Part shown: positions 11,722-24,600 of the stretch, piece by piece | Numbering within the stretch: the first letter of the stretch is position 1 | How the letters are laid out: every line of letters begins with the position of its first letter | Assembly: GCF_009914755.1 (NCBI RefSeq) | Contig: NC_060928.1 | Length of the DNA: 64,000 nucleotides | From: the human T2T-CHM13v2.0 reference genome, Homo sapiens | Direction: 5' to 3' (one strand) | Translations under genes and position numbers: made by a program | Notes under the pieces: model-generated | The model's database searches: none | What the model was told of the DNA's origin: nothing | The model's input: only the letters and a program-made list of their open reading frames with translations

Positions 11722-13627
11722 GAATGACAAACTTTATAATCAAATAAACAATAGGTAGTTAAAAAGATGGAGCAATTTTTCTCAGGCTTTGGAAAATTTT
11801 ATCTTCAATAGCCACTTTTTAATGACAAATGTCAAACATTAAAAACTTGCTCATATGGTACACTTTTTTATCTTACAAAAATAAGCACAACAAAAATGTG
11901 CTTCTGAACACTAAAGCTTTGTGAGTTAATGGCCTGAAAACATCTTCCAAATCTGAAATTCACGTTATTTTACCATTCTTTTATGATCTGAAAAAAAATT
12001 TTCCCAAAACTGTACACAAGGACTAAGATGAATAACCCTAATAGAAAATAAACTATTTTTGGAATTTTTAAAATTTACTCCTAGTGAAATTAGTGTTCTC
12101 AATTGGTTGCCTTTGTTTTCCAATACACAGACTTGCCAGCTGTTTTTATTTTTCAGCAACAGCTTTTATATCTGTGCTTAAGGCAGCAGTTGTTGAATTA
12201 TTTTTAAATTATTTTTGAAGTGCTTATTCTAAAAGTTAAGGAAATTTTTTTTTTAATTTACTTGGAACAAATAGTTCATATTGTTTTCTTCCTTTCCCTT
12301 TCTTTTTTTACTTCTTTTGTTCTTTTCTGCAAATAGTCTAGGGTAGTGCTCTGACAATAACTTAGCTATCACGGACTTTTTTTTCCTTTGTAGGTGACAT
12401 TGTTGTGCTTGACTGAAAACAATAGAGTTTTAATAAATATGAATGTGATTAAAATATATATTAGCTGAATAGCATGCTGTTTTCATTTGTAAGGGGAAGG
12501 GCTGGGTGAGACTTTGTGCTTAGAGATAGGATCAGAGTGCGATGTTTTCTTTAAAATTGAATTTAGAAAATAAAATATACCTACTATACATGAGGAATAT
12601 GGTATGCAGAACAAAATTTTCAATGTTTTAATATCCCGTTGTATTAATTCTAAATAAATTTTATTTAAATTTGTAATGCTCAAATGATCACATGTTTACA
12701 ACAGTGAACACTTTGAAAAACTCAAATTACTACATGATGATTGCTGTAAATCAAATAAATTGCAATGGCTCCAGGGAGAAAATACATGTTATTTTGGACA
12801 GTCAGAAGACTGATTTCCAGCAAATACATCTCTAAAAGCACAACTCAAAATATAACCAGATCATGTTTTAGCATTTTTATTTTGTCAGAATCTGCTTAGA
12901 TATTACCATTATGTAATAAATACAACTATCAGGCCTGTGCATCCTGATTGTATTTTCTAAGAGATGTATCTTACTATAAACAAAAAGAAAATTATTATTT
13001 TTATTTTTTTAGAGAATCTGGTTTCTTAAATAATGAGACATGAATAATTTTATTGAACAAAATTTTTTATACTGATACTAGATCCATAAACTTAATTCCT
13101 ACAGAAATTATTTAATGCCTTTAACTTAGATAAACTTTCATTGCACATTAATACATTGATTTCTACTTAAAACTATCACAAATAAATAAATGCTTCATGT
13201 ACTGGCATAAGTAAATTTTTGAGTACATCAAAAATAAAAATATTTTTTTAAAAACATTGAGGCCTAATGCTTGGTGGTCTGAAATAAGGGATGGTGATTC
13301 ATACTAATTAAGTATAGTCAATATATTTCACTGCTATCTGATACGTTGATATTGTTTTCTTCTTTCCCCTCCCCCGTATTGTAATTGAGACCAATTACAG
13401 AAAACTTTGTCACTCCAGACATATTTATTTTCACTTGTTAAACTGGGAGATTTCTTTCCTTACTGTATTTACACGAGCCAACAAATTTAATTCCTCTTTC
13501 TAAAATTTACAATTATTAGGTCATATATTTGTTATCTCTCTTATAAATGGATGCAGAGGGTGATTCTAAAATGCACTTTGCCTTCCTCTTATGGTTGCTT
13601 TCTACATCTATACCTACTATTTAGATA

Positions 13628-13897
13628 AATGCTGTGCAGTAGAACATAATGTGAGCCACAAATACAAACCACACATGCAATTTTAAATTTTTAGCAGGTT
13701 CCTTTAAAAGTATAACAGATAAAATTGAGTTTATATCCAAATTGTCATTTCAACATTAAATAAATGTAAAGCTCATTGAGATATTTATAATCATTTTTCA
13801 TATCAGCATATATTTTATGTTAACAGCATATCTTAATTCAGACCAGCCATAGTTCAAGTGCACAGCAGCTTCATGTGACTACCATAACGGATAGTGA
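13628..13897. mobile_element. MER33-type hAT-Charlie DNA transposon fossil
   Basis: gctgtgcagtagaacataatgtgagccaca..cagcatatcttaattcagaccagccatagttcaagtgc..ggatagtg matches the recalled MER33 consensus. Confidence 0.8.
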
Positions 13898-14524
13898 AAA
13901 TCTTGACCCTTACTTTCTGCTTTCCTAATTGTGTTCTTTTTTCTCTAAATATCTACAAAAACTTAAGATTCAAAGGAAAAATTCAGTGTGTTCATTTTCA
14001 TTACTAAAACATTTACCATTATATCAGTGAGCAGTTTAAAAGAAATTTACAGTAAGTTTAAATAATAAAGCAAATTTTTCAGTAGAAGGGTAGTTTATTT
14101 TGATCATCCTTCTAAAAGCGAGTTACTTGAATAAAATAAAATCATTCTATTTAATTTAAGCCCAATTACTGAAATTACTTTTCAATATGGAAAAATTATA
14201 TACGATTATTTGGCAAAAGCTTTTTTTGTGAATTCTCAGGATAATTCCCACAGTCATATATTCTACTATAGTAGAATGTGAATTCTGATAAAATATCAAG
14301 TGCAGAATTTGAAGTGAAACTAGTTTACTCATCTTTGACTACTGGTTTTTCCTGTTGTTAGGAGTCTAAAGTGTATTGTAAACCTCCATAAACATTTATA
14401 AGGAAATAAACATATTTGACTTGTAGAAATTGAAAATTAAGTTTTTGTTTTAAATTATATAAACCTTATAAACCAAATGCATTAAAAATATTTTCAGGTA
14501 ACATTTTATTTCCTCTTAACCTGC

Positions 14525-14657
14525 TGCATAAATTTTTATTTGCAAAATGGAAAAACAGTAGTTTCCACTTCATAGAATTATTATGGGGATTAAACAAGAT
14601 AGAAACCTGTAACATAGAATGTGTGTAATACACTCATTATTTACTATATTATTATTG
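14525..14657 (+). mobile_element. MIR fragment
   Basis: atttgcaaaatgg..cttcatagaattattatggggattaaa, MIR core. Confidence 0.6.
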
Positions 14658-14791
14658 AAAATATTTTGTTTTCAGTTCTCTTATAATTGCTGTCTGCTGT
14701 TCTTAACAACTGCCAAAGCTTCCAAACTTTTATTCTTACTTTCTTATGGCTTTTATATGCTTTACATTCTGCATAAGACTACATGGACATT

Positions 14792-14794
<3 letters not shown>

Positions 14795-14830
<36 letters not shown>
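14795..14830 (+). repeat. (CA)n microsatellite
   Basis: Directly visible. Confidence 0.97.
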
Positions 14831-14832
<2 letters not shown>

Positions 14833-15051
14833 AAGCTGGTTCAAATGGCTGAAGCAGAGTCATCATTCCCACAGTTTTCCAAAAATATTCAATGTATTGC
14901 ATTTTTTATCTCAAAAAAAGGTACCAACATCCTGGAACTCATTCCAAAAGCCCAACTTATCTTTTAATCTTCTCATTTACAGCTACCCAGTCACCCTAAT
15001 ACTAGTTGTCTCTTCTTCTCCTCTAAAATATCTACACAAATTCCCTAGTAA

Positions 15052-15177
15052 TAGGGCGACTACATAATTGAACACTTCAGATTACTTTTGTCTGAGATAA
15101 ATGCTAAACCAGATTGGATATTGGGACAGCAGGCATAAATAGACTATCCTGGACAATATGGCACATAAGCCACCTTA
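15052..15177. mobile_element. MER94-type hAT-Blackjack MITE
   Basis: Degenerate terminal inverted repeats tagggcgac / gccacctta and internal gggacagcaggcataaa; ~126 bp. Confidence 0.7.
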
Positions 15178-15480
15178 TCAACATTGAAGTATTTTAGTTG
15201 AGAAGAAATGGGAATTTGAACCTGGTATTTGAAGTATGAATACATCAGAGGAAGATATGTGAGGAGTAAAATGGAGAAACTAGAATTGAACAGATTGATT
15301 AGGAATTAATTAGATCAGTTATAGTCACACTTATGCCCCAATACCTTCAATTCAGAATATCAGTATGAATGAAAGACTATCATTAGCATCATATTTCATT
15401 TTAAAAGTAATAGATATAAGACAAGAAAATAAACAAGACCAAAGTGCAGAGACACAGTGCCTTAAGTAAAGAATAATTCA

Positions 15481-15747
15481 GGTGAGGTATGGTGACTCAC
15501 ACCTGTAATCCCAGCATTTTGGAGGCCAAAGCAGGCAGATTGCTTGAGCCCAGGAGTTCAAGACCAGCCTGGGCAACATGGCAAAACCTATCTCTATGAA
15601 AAATATAAAAATTAGCCAGGCATGGTGCTCTGTGTCTGTAGTACCAGCTATTTGGGAGACTGAGGTGGGAAGATTGCTTGAGCCTGAGAGGTCAAGGTTG
15701 CTGCACTTCATCCTAAGCAATAGAGTGAGACCCTGTCTCAAAAAAAA
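15481..15747 (+). mobile_element. AluJ element with perfect TSD
   Basis: ttgcttgagcccaggagttc is AluJ-type. TSD aaagaataattca at 15468-15480 and 15745-15757. Confidence 0.95.
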
Positions 15748-16289
15748 GAATAATTCACCCACACCAATATTTTAAACTGCCTTTTGTTTGGCACTCTAAA
15801 GTTCAAGATGGTTCAAAAGTATATCTTTTTTTTTTGTAAGGTAGAAAGACTGTTGTAAAAAACAGTTTTAAGTGTGAAGTATTAGCATAATATGGATGTT
15901 GAGAATCTGGATTTGTGTTTTCTAAGAATATTGGTTGGAGTGTTGTTAATTTGCCCAGGCATATTCATCATCTCCCCAAAAGTCACCTATTCTTCAAAAT
16001 ATTTATAAAAACTGTGTACCAAAGTTTTTATATTATTAATAATGAAAATAATTGAAATTTACTGAGTTACTACTATTTTTGGAACTGTACTGTTTCATGT
16101 TATAATTATTATTTAATAAAGAACTAATTATTATAGCTATGCTCCTTTTAGAGCTGAACAAACTGTGATTTTGAAAAGCTAAAAACAAGATCAAGCTTAT
16201 ATATTTAGTAAGTATCATCAGGATTTGAAATCAAGTTAGCATCTCACCAAGGACCTGTTCTTAACCAATATTGCATATAATAGTTTCTT

Positions 16290-16596
16290 TCTTTTTTAAA
16301 TTTATATTTTATTTATATTTAATTTTTTAATTTTTACTTTGTGGGTACATAATATGTGTATATGTTTATAAGCAACATGAGATATTTTGAAAACAGGCAT
16401 GCAATGCATAATAATCACATCAGGGTAAATGGGGTATCTATCACCTCGCGCATTCATCCTTTGCATTACAAACAATCCAATTATACTATTTTAGTTATTT
16501 TTAAATGTATGATTAAATTATTTTTTAACTATAGTCACCCTATCATGCTAGCAAATTGTAGGTCTTATTTAATCTTTCTAACTATTTTTGTACCTC
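16290..16596 (-). mobile_element. L1MA1-3-type 3' end fragment
   Basis: aggcatgcaatgcataataatcacatcagggtaaatggggtatc..ttacaaacaatccaattatact. Confidence 0.85.
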
Positions 16597-16749
16597 TTAT
16601 TCTGTAATTAAACATAAAGTAAGTAATGACTTTATTACTAAAAAGTAGCAGTAGCATTTCCTTACATAATAATTGATGGAAAATGTTTTATTATAAAGTT
16701 ATTAGATATAGCTTATATACTTATTTCAAATATATAATCTATATTTGAC

Positions 16750-17042
16750 TTTACTGTATATATTTAAGGTGCACATGATGTTTTGATATACATGAACATA
16801 GTGTAATGATTACTACAATCAAACATGGGAATATATCCAGTATCTCACATAGACCTTTTATGTGGGTGGGGTAAAAGTACCTAAAATTTCCTTCTTTAGC
16901 AAATGTCTTATCTGTGATACAATAGTATTAACTACAGTCCTCATGCTACACATTAGATCTCTAGACTCATGCATCCTGCATAACTGTAGCTTTGTACACT
17001 TTGACCTCCATCTCCTCATTTCCTCCACCCCCTGCTACCGAG
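16750..17042 (-). mobile_element. L1MA8/9-type 3' end fragment
   Basis: tatatatttaaggtgcac..tattaactacagtcctcatgctacacattagatctctagac. Confidence 0.8.
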
Positions 17043-17182
17043 ATCATGCAATATTTTTCTTATTTTTTTTCTTCTATTTACTGAGATGGTCTAGTAACAA
17101 TGACTCCTCAGTAGAAATGAGCCTATATAGAACCAAATATTGACACCTAAACAAAACTCTCCAATAAAATGAACAAATGCTC

Positions 17183-17573
17183 TGTATTAACCCATTTCTA
17201 TACTGCTATAAAGAACTGTGTGAGACTGGGTAATATAAAAAAGAAAGAGGTTTAATTGACTCATAGTTCAGGATGGCTGGGTGGCCTCAGGAAACTTAAA
17301 ATCATGGCAGAAGATGAAGGGGAAACAAGGCACCTTCTTCGCAAGACAGCAGAAAGGAGAAGTGTGGAGGTAAGGGGGAAGAGCCCCTTGTATAACCGTC
17401 AGATCTCATAAGAACACATTCACTATCACAAGACTATCATGGGGGAAAGCACCCCCACGACCCAGTTCCCTCTATCTGGTCTCTCCCTTGACATGTGGGG
17501 CTTATTGAGATTATGGGGATTAGAATTCAAGATGAGATTTGGATGGAGACAAAAAGCCGTTATAACCATACCA
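17183..17573 (-). mobile_element. THE1C/D solo LTR (MaLR)
   Basis: tgtattaacccattt..aaagaggtttaattgactca..ggcctcaggaaactta..aaccatacca. Near-perfect 5-bp TSD tgctc/ggctc. Confidence 0.93.
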
Positions 17574-17624
17574 GGCTCCATGAAGAAGCAGTTGATGTTA
17601 AAACAGGGGCAATGAATTATCAAA

Positions 17625-19545
17625 GAATGCACATATTTCTTAAAAATTTTACTGGATAATTGGACATGTATGTAAAGAAAGTAAATTTTAGCTTCTATAT
17701 AACCCTATACATGACAAATAATTTGAGATCAATCTTAAGCCTGAAAGAAAGTATTGGAACCCCAGTGCTGGCTCCCTTTAACAAAACATAAATGCAAGCC
17801 TGGAAAAGGATGAAACACTTCCCAAGTAACATAACTGCATCCTTAAATAAATATGAAGAGTATTCATGGGAAATACAAAAGTATCCAGCACTCAACAAAA
17901 TCAAATTAAATCTCTGGCATTAAAACAAATTACCAGCTATGTAAAAATACAGTGAAAGGTGATTCATAATAAGGAGAACAATTAAGCAATTGAAACCAAT
18001 TGTGAACAGACATAGGCATTAAATATAGCAGACACAGGTGGTAAATCAAAGCCTTCAAAATTTTAGAACATATAGAAAAATAATTTTACATGTTTAGAGT
18101 AAGCAAATGTTTTTCTAAGACTAATTCTACAAATCGTGAATCACTTAATAAAGAATAAATAGAATTTTATAAAAATTGAAATTTTATTTTCTCCGAAAAC
18201 ATTATTAAAAACAAATAAGCAATTAACAAGCTGGAATAGAAAATATTTACAATACATAAATCTGAAATAAGATTTAATCTTTAATACATGAGAAATGCTT
18301 ATTGATCTGCAATAAAAAACCAACAACCAAATTAAAAGCTAGCCAATGAATAAATATTTCTCAAAAGATGATACCCAAATATCATATACATGATATATGT
18401 GTATACATAAAAAGGCATTTAATGTTTTTATCTGAAAAATCTAAAATAAAACAAAAATAAATTATTTCACAGTATAGAATTTTCAAAATAAAATGACTGA
18501 TAATTCATTATGTACAAGCATAAAATATTATAGCCACATTGAACTATGGTTTGATATTTTCTTAAAACATTAAAAATGCATCTTTAATTCTGCAGTTTCT
18601 CTCCTTTCTACTTGTCAAAAAGAAATGAAAAAATTCTTACAAAAATATGTAAAGAAATGTTCTTAATCACCTTATTCTGTTAAGGCTAAAACTAGAAATT
18701 GTGAAAATCATTCAAAAAAAAGTGAATAAAAACGTAGGGCTATGCTCATATCTAATAAGTAACAAATTATCGATTCACATATTCTATAACATGGACCTAT
18801 CTGGAAACCATCGTGCTGACCAAAATAAATTAGACACAAAATGTTGCATATACATGTATATACTCAGACACACACAGTTCAGCCTTGAATAGCATGAGGT
18901 TAGGGTAACTGACCCCTGCACAGTCAAAAATCTGCATATAACTTTTGAGTCCCTCAAACCTTGAGTACTAATAGCCTGCTGTTGACCAGAAGCCTTACTA
19001 ATAACATAAATAGTTGATTAACACATAATTTTTATGTTATAGCTATGGTATGCTGTAATTTTACAATAAAATAAGCTAAAGAAATGAAAATGTTATTAAG
19101 AAAATCATTAGGAGGAGAAAATATGTTAACTATTCATTTAGGAAGTAGATCATCATAAACGTCTTAATCCTCATCAACTTCACACTGAGCAGGCTAAGGA
19201 GGAGGAGAAAGAGAAGAGAGTAGTCTTGCTGTCACTGGGGTGGCAGAGGCAGAAGAAAATTCACAAATATGTGGACACCCACAGTTCAAATCCATGTTCC
19301 TCAAAAGTCAACTGTATGCATAAAATTCCATCTGTATGAACTATTAAAAAATTAAAAAATACTCAAGATCTCAGAAACCAGGAAAAAGTTGGTCTGCGTG
19401 ATGGCAGAAACTAACTATAAAGAGAACAAGGGAAATTACTGGGATGATTGAATTTATTTTTCAGTTTTATTTGGGGTGATAAAGCTTATTAACCTAAACA
19501 CCTAAGGTCTTTACACTTGAGTATATGTAAAGTATGTCACATTAG
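17625..19545 (+). mobile_element. Old sense-strand L1M fragments, interrupted by Tigger2a
   Basis: A-rich degenerate L1 ORF2 3'/3' UTR motifs (gaaaatatttacaatacataaatctga, aattccatctgtatgaact). Confidence 0.6.
18875..19314. mobile_element. Tigger2a (TcMar-Tigger) non-autonomous DNA transposon
   Basis: Terminal inverted repeats cagttcagccttgaa / ctcaaaagtcaactg followed by TA; internal aatagcctgctgttgaccagaagccttac; ~440 bp. Confidence 0.9.
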
Positions 19546-20522
19546 AAAATTAAAACTAGGAAATAGAATAAGTACTTTGTTATAGAATGACACAGAATGA
19601 TCAAGTATATAACTTTGCAGAATGGTACATTAAAGAAAATTGTGCCTACATATTGACAGCTTATACCCAGTTTATTGTTATGAGATTTTCCAAAATCTAT
19701 CCAAAACATTTCACTTTGGAGAGATGAGTGATCGCAATCTTGACAGAAATATATCTCTCTATATTTAAAAGGTGAAAATAAAACATTAGAATTAGAGGAA
19801 AATACATGTTCAAAAGCATTTTCAGCAAGCACACACACATAACATACACACACTGATAGTAACTTTCTATAATATATGTGACTTTACTTAAGGGGTTAGT
19901 GAGAAGTTAATGAACTATCCTTTTAAAGATAAGTAAAACAAAAAATAAAAATATTGAGACTCAGATTGAATTGAGTTGAATGGATTTACCTTGAAATGCC
20001 TTTTATTAATAAAGGGATTAAATATAATTTTTCTTAGTCTTTTTTCAGAGTAATTTTCTTAAGTCAATTTAAATCCTTAGCTTTTTTTCTGAAGAAAATC
20101 AAAGTAAATAGTTTTTAAATTATTTATAATAACACTAGGTATATGATTATGACCTTTTTATTAGTTTTAAAAGCTTAATTTATCCCGTAGTTTGGTTTCT
20201 GTGGTAGCACTTGGAAATATATGCTTTTTGTAACTTAGAGCATGAAGAAAAATGATTTGTGTTTGCAAGTAGTGTCCAGACAACTCATAGTTATTTTTTA
20301 AAATTTATAAATTTTTCCTCACCTCAGACTAAAAAACTGATGAGATCCAAGAATATCAATATTGATTTTGTCTATTTTCACCAGCCAATGCTCCACTTTA
20401 ATTTGTTTTTCTTTTAATCATTTGAGGTTGGTCAATCTTACATATAAAAAATAAACAAAACTCATTACATTTGGGGTCAGAGTGAATATATGAAAATCCC
20501 TCAAATTTTGCTAGTTGAATGG

Positions 20523-21612
20523 TATTGGGGGAAATTCACCCCTGATATTTCACATATGTTCTTTTCTATTTTCCCTAAGTGTCAGCTTGTCTGAGAAATA
20601 AAGGGACAGAGTACAAAAGAGAGAAATTTTAAAGCTGGGTGTCCTGGGGAGACATCACATGTCGGCAGGATCTGTGATGCCCCTGAGCCATAAAACCAGC
20701 AAGTTTTTATTAATGATTTTCAAAATCGGAGGGAGTGTACGAATAGGTTGTGGGTCACAGAGATCACATGCTTCACAAGGTAATAAAATATCACAAGGCA
20801 AATGGAGGCAGGGAGAGATCACAGGACCACAGGACCGGGGCGAAATTAAAATTGCTAATGAAGTTTTGGGTGCACATTGTCATTGATAACATCTTATCAG
20901 GAGACAGGGTTTGAGAGCAGACAACCGATGTGACCAAAATTTATTAGGTGGGAATTTCCTCATTCCAATAAGCCTGGGAGTGCTACAGGTGACTGGGGCT
21001 TATTTCATCCCTTATCGACAACCGTAAAAGACAGCCGCCCCCACAAAGCGGCCATTTCAGAGGCCTCCCCTTAGGGAGGCATTCTCTTTCTCAGTGATGT
21101 TCCTTGCTGAGAAAAAGAATTCAGCGATATTTCCCCTATTTGCTTTTGAAAGAAGAGAAATATGGCTCTGTTCCTCCCGGCTCACAGGCAGCCAGAGTTT
21201 AAGGTTATCTCCCTTGTTCCCTGAACATTGCTGTTATCCTGTTCTTTTCTCAAGGTGCCCAGATTTCATATTGTTCAAACACACATGCTCTACAAACAAT
21301 TTGTGCAGTTAACACAATCATCATAGGGTCCTGAGGTGACATACATTCTCCTCAGCTTACAAAGATGATGGGATTAAGAGATTACAGTAAAGACAGGCAT
21401 AGGAAATCACAAGGGTATCGATTGGGGAAGTGATAAGTGTCCATGAAATCTTCACAATTTATGTTCAGAGATTGCAGTAAAGACAGGTGTAAGAAATTAC
21501 AAAAGTATTAATTTGGGGAACAAATAAATGTCCATGAAATCTTCACAATTTATGTTCTTCTGCCATGGCTTCAGCCGGTCCCTCCGTTTGGGGTCCCTGA
21601 CTTCCCACAACA
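20523..21612 (-). mobile_element. MER11 solo LTR (HERV-K11/HML-8), inserted in a MIR-like remnant
   Basis: Ends ggggtccctgacttcccacaaca, the reverse complement of the MER11 start. Perfect 6-bp TSD GAATGG (20517-20522, 21613-21618); 1090 bp. Confidence 0.95.
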
Positions 21613-24600
21613 GAATGGCTATGCACACACACTTTAGTTCCTATGGATCTAGTGTTCCTCATTTGTAAATAAGAGCAGAACTCCTGTTGTTGGGCTGTGC
21701 AAGTGCCTGGCAAGTGTCTGACAAAATGCAGGCATTCAACAAACTGTCATGCTTTTTGCATACATTCCACAGATAAATATTTGTAACCATAATATGTCTT
21801 ATTGACAAAAAGTATACTAAGGTGAGTTATAGACAAGCAGCCATGGCATTAAGCACAGTAAGGGCAGGATGGATATGTGGCTAAGAAAAGTCCATCTTTA
21901 GGGACTACGACACTAAGAACACAGCACTTTATAGCCAATGATTTGGGAACTTACTCTGAATTATTGATGGGTTAAATTTCTTACACTGGTTATTAGTGAG
22001 AATAATATTTTTGACATACACTATGATACCGGTAGTATATATAACTTGAACTGTGAAACAGAATTTGTGTGATAAACTAGTCAAGAAAATGTCAGAGTGT
22101 TGTAGCCTACTAAAATTTCAGGGACATTTTAATATCTTTATGAGGTTTTTTTTTGGCAATTTTACTTCCACAATGATTATAACGGTGAAGACAGAAACTA
22201 AACACAATCAGTGTAAATAAAATCACAATTATTATGCTTTCATAATTCTAAGTGGTTTCTCCTGTGCCTGCCCATTTTTGTTTGTCCACAAACTTTCTCA
22301 GAAAAAAAAACAAAAAAAGGCAAAATGAACGTTTTGAAGCATGAATAGCATCACACTCTCCAGTGGCTTTCAATCTCTTTCCTGGTGAAAGTCAAATTCC
22401 TTTCAGTGTCTATGAGATAACAGGAAGACAGTATCTGGTGTGTCATTGCTTATTGTCCTCATCTCCTTATTTTTTCTTCCTAGCATATTTAATTCCAGGC
22501 ACTTGAATAAGATAAACAAAATCCTTGCCCTCATCGGAATTATAGCAAAACAAATTTAGATAGACAAGTCACAGAAACAAATAAATACTAAGATAATTTC
22601 AGATAATGTATCTGTTATGAAGAAAATAAGCCTGGTACATAGGGTAATCTGAGGCACTTAATGGAATTGCTATTTGAGCTATGGATTGAGAATAAACCAG
22701 GAATAATGAAGCACATGGCAGAAGGTCAGAGATCACTCTATGTGAACAGCCTATAAATTGGTAGAAAGCAGAGTGACTATTTTTTGTTCATATTTTGGTA
22801 ATTTATTTGAAAAATCACATGAAATGAATTTGAAAACCACTCATTTTTAATGCCTTATCTTGCAACTTCAGGCTAATTTGCAGTTAAACTAGTCAGACTC
22901 TTATATCAATAGTAGAATATATTAGATACAGGCAAATAAAATATGTAAAACTTTCTCAGAATTATTGTAGCTATGAAAGCCAAATGCTAAATGCAGAAAA
23001 CTTAAATGGTTTATATATCTCTAATATGACCTTGTCATTACATGAATTTTGATGCAACCATGGTAAGCACATTCTTCAAGAACATGCATCTAAGTTGTTC
23101 CAGCTGTTTGAACAAATAGATTTTCGTCCTACCAGGGTGCTCTCTGTAAAACTGTATATGAATGGACATATCCAGACCTCATTTTTAATAATAGACAATT
23201 GCAAAGCTGTAACCTTTCAAATCAGTGAAACATTTACAAGAAGTTTGAATATGGTCTCAGATGACTAGAAAAGCTTTATTCTGAGTTGATTTTGTAGCTG
23301 GTTTACACTTTTATTATCTATAATATATAACTAAATTTAAATTTCAACTCTTCTTATAAAGAAAAAAATTACATTTTATATTTTAATTTGAATTAAACAA
23401 TAAAAAATCCTGATACATCAACATAAAACACTACAGGTTTCCTGAAACACATTTTGAAAAATGATTGGCATGTGTTAACCTAGTTTTCAAAATACTTTGT
23501 CCTTCATTTTGAAAGCCACACAGTTCACTCTACAGAAGTTTTCACTCTGAACTTTGCCAGTAATATATTGAGAACTAAATCCCAATTAATAGTCTATCAA
23601 AAAATATTTAAATAAATTCACTATGACTTCATTTGGTCAATATATGAATGTTTTAAGTGACTGGAAATAATGTAATTGGGTGCTATTTTATTCTCACATG
23701 AAGAACAAGTGTTCAATAAGCTAATATATTTTTATTATTGTACTTACAATGTAAATTGCAGTTTAAATGAACTCTGTAGCTCTCTAGAATGTAACCTACT
23801 GTCCTTGAAATATTAATAGAGTTAAAATTATAAAATTTCCTCCAAATGAGCTTTTTATATTTCTCCCTGAATAACTGAAGATGTGTCTCTGTTATCTTTT
23901 CAGAATACTGCGAAAATGCCCTGAAGAGGCAGATGTTTCTAAGGGGACTTCAGACCTTTTTAAGAATAATGTTTGTAAGGTTTTTAGAGGATGCAATGTG
24001 ATATGACATCCTCTCCTGATGATTCTCAAGTCTCATCATAAATTAGAGTAAACCGATCAGTCTTTAAAAATCATCTCAGTAAATGTTTAAAACTACAGAT
24101 ACTGCGTTGACTAGGTACTTACTATTAGTGCTTTCAGGGAGTGGATCCTTGAATTAAAATGTCCCATCTGGCATATTAAAAGGTTATATAGCAGAGTGCA
24201 TAAATACACCTATTTTGAAAAACATCCCGAGTATGCTTATACTTATACAAATCCATTTATACATAAATAATTTCTAGCAGAAAGCTTCTCATATGTAATT
24301 CTCACGTGTCAACTAACTTAAGCCCAGAGCCTTCATCCATCAATTTCTTAGTGTGTCCCCACACACTAGGTGCTATTACATATATTCTTTTCACTCCATC
24401 CTACAACAACACTGTTTTAATTCAAATACGTTAGTAACTCATTTTTACTATTTATAATTAAAAATAAAATCTGATTTTTCTGTACTTAGTCGAAAGTAAA
24501 TACTAAATAGTTAAAGATGACTTGGGATTCTAAAAAATTGATTTTAATTGTGGCTATGATAATAATAGAATTCTGGATTCCTCTTCTCTTTAAGGTTTAA

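Noticed and set aside
14619-15067. ORFs with His-Thr repeats
   Set aside because: They are translations of the (CA)n microsatellite.
21378-21557. ~90-bp tandem duplication
   Set aside because: It is internal to MER11 and part of the family's U3 structure.
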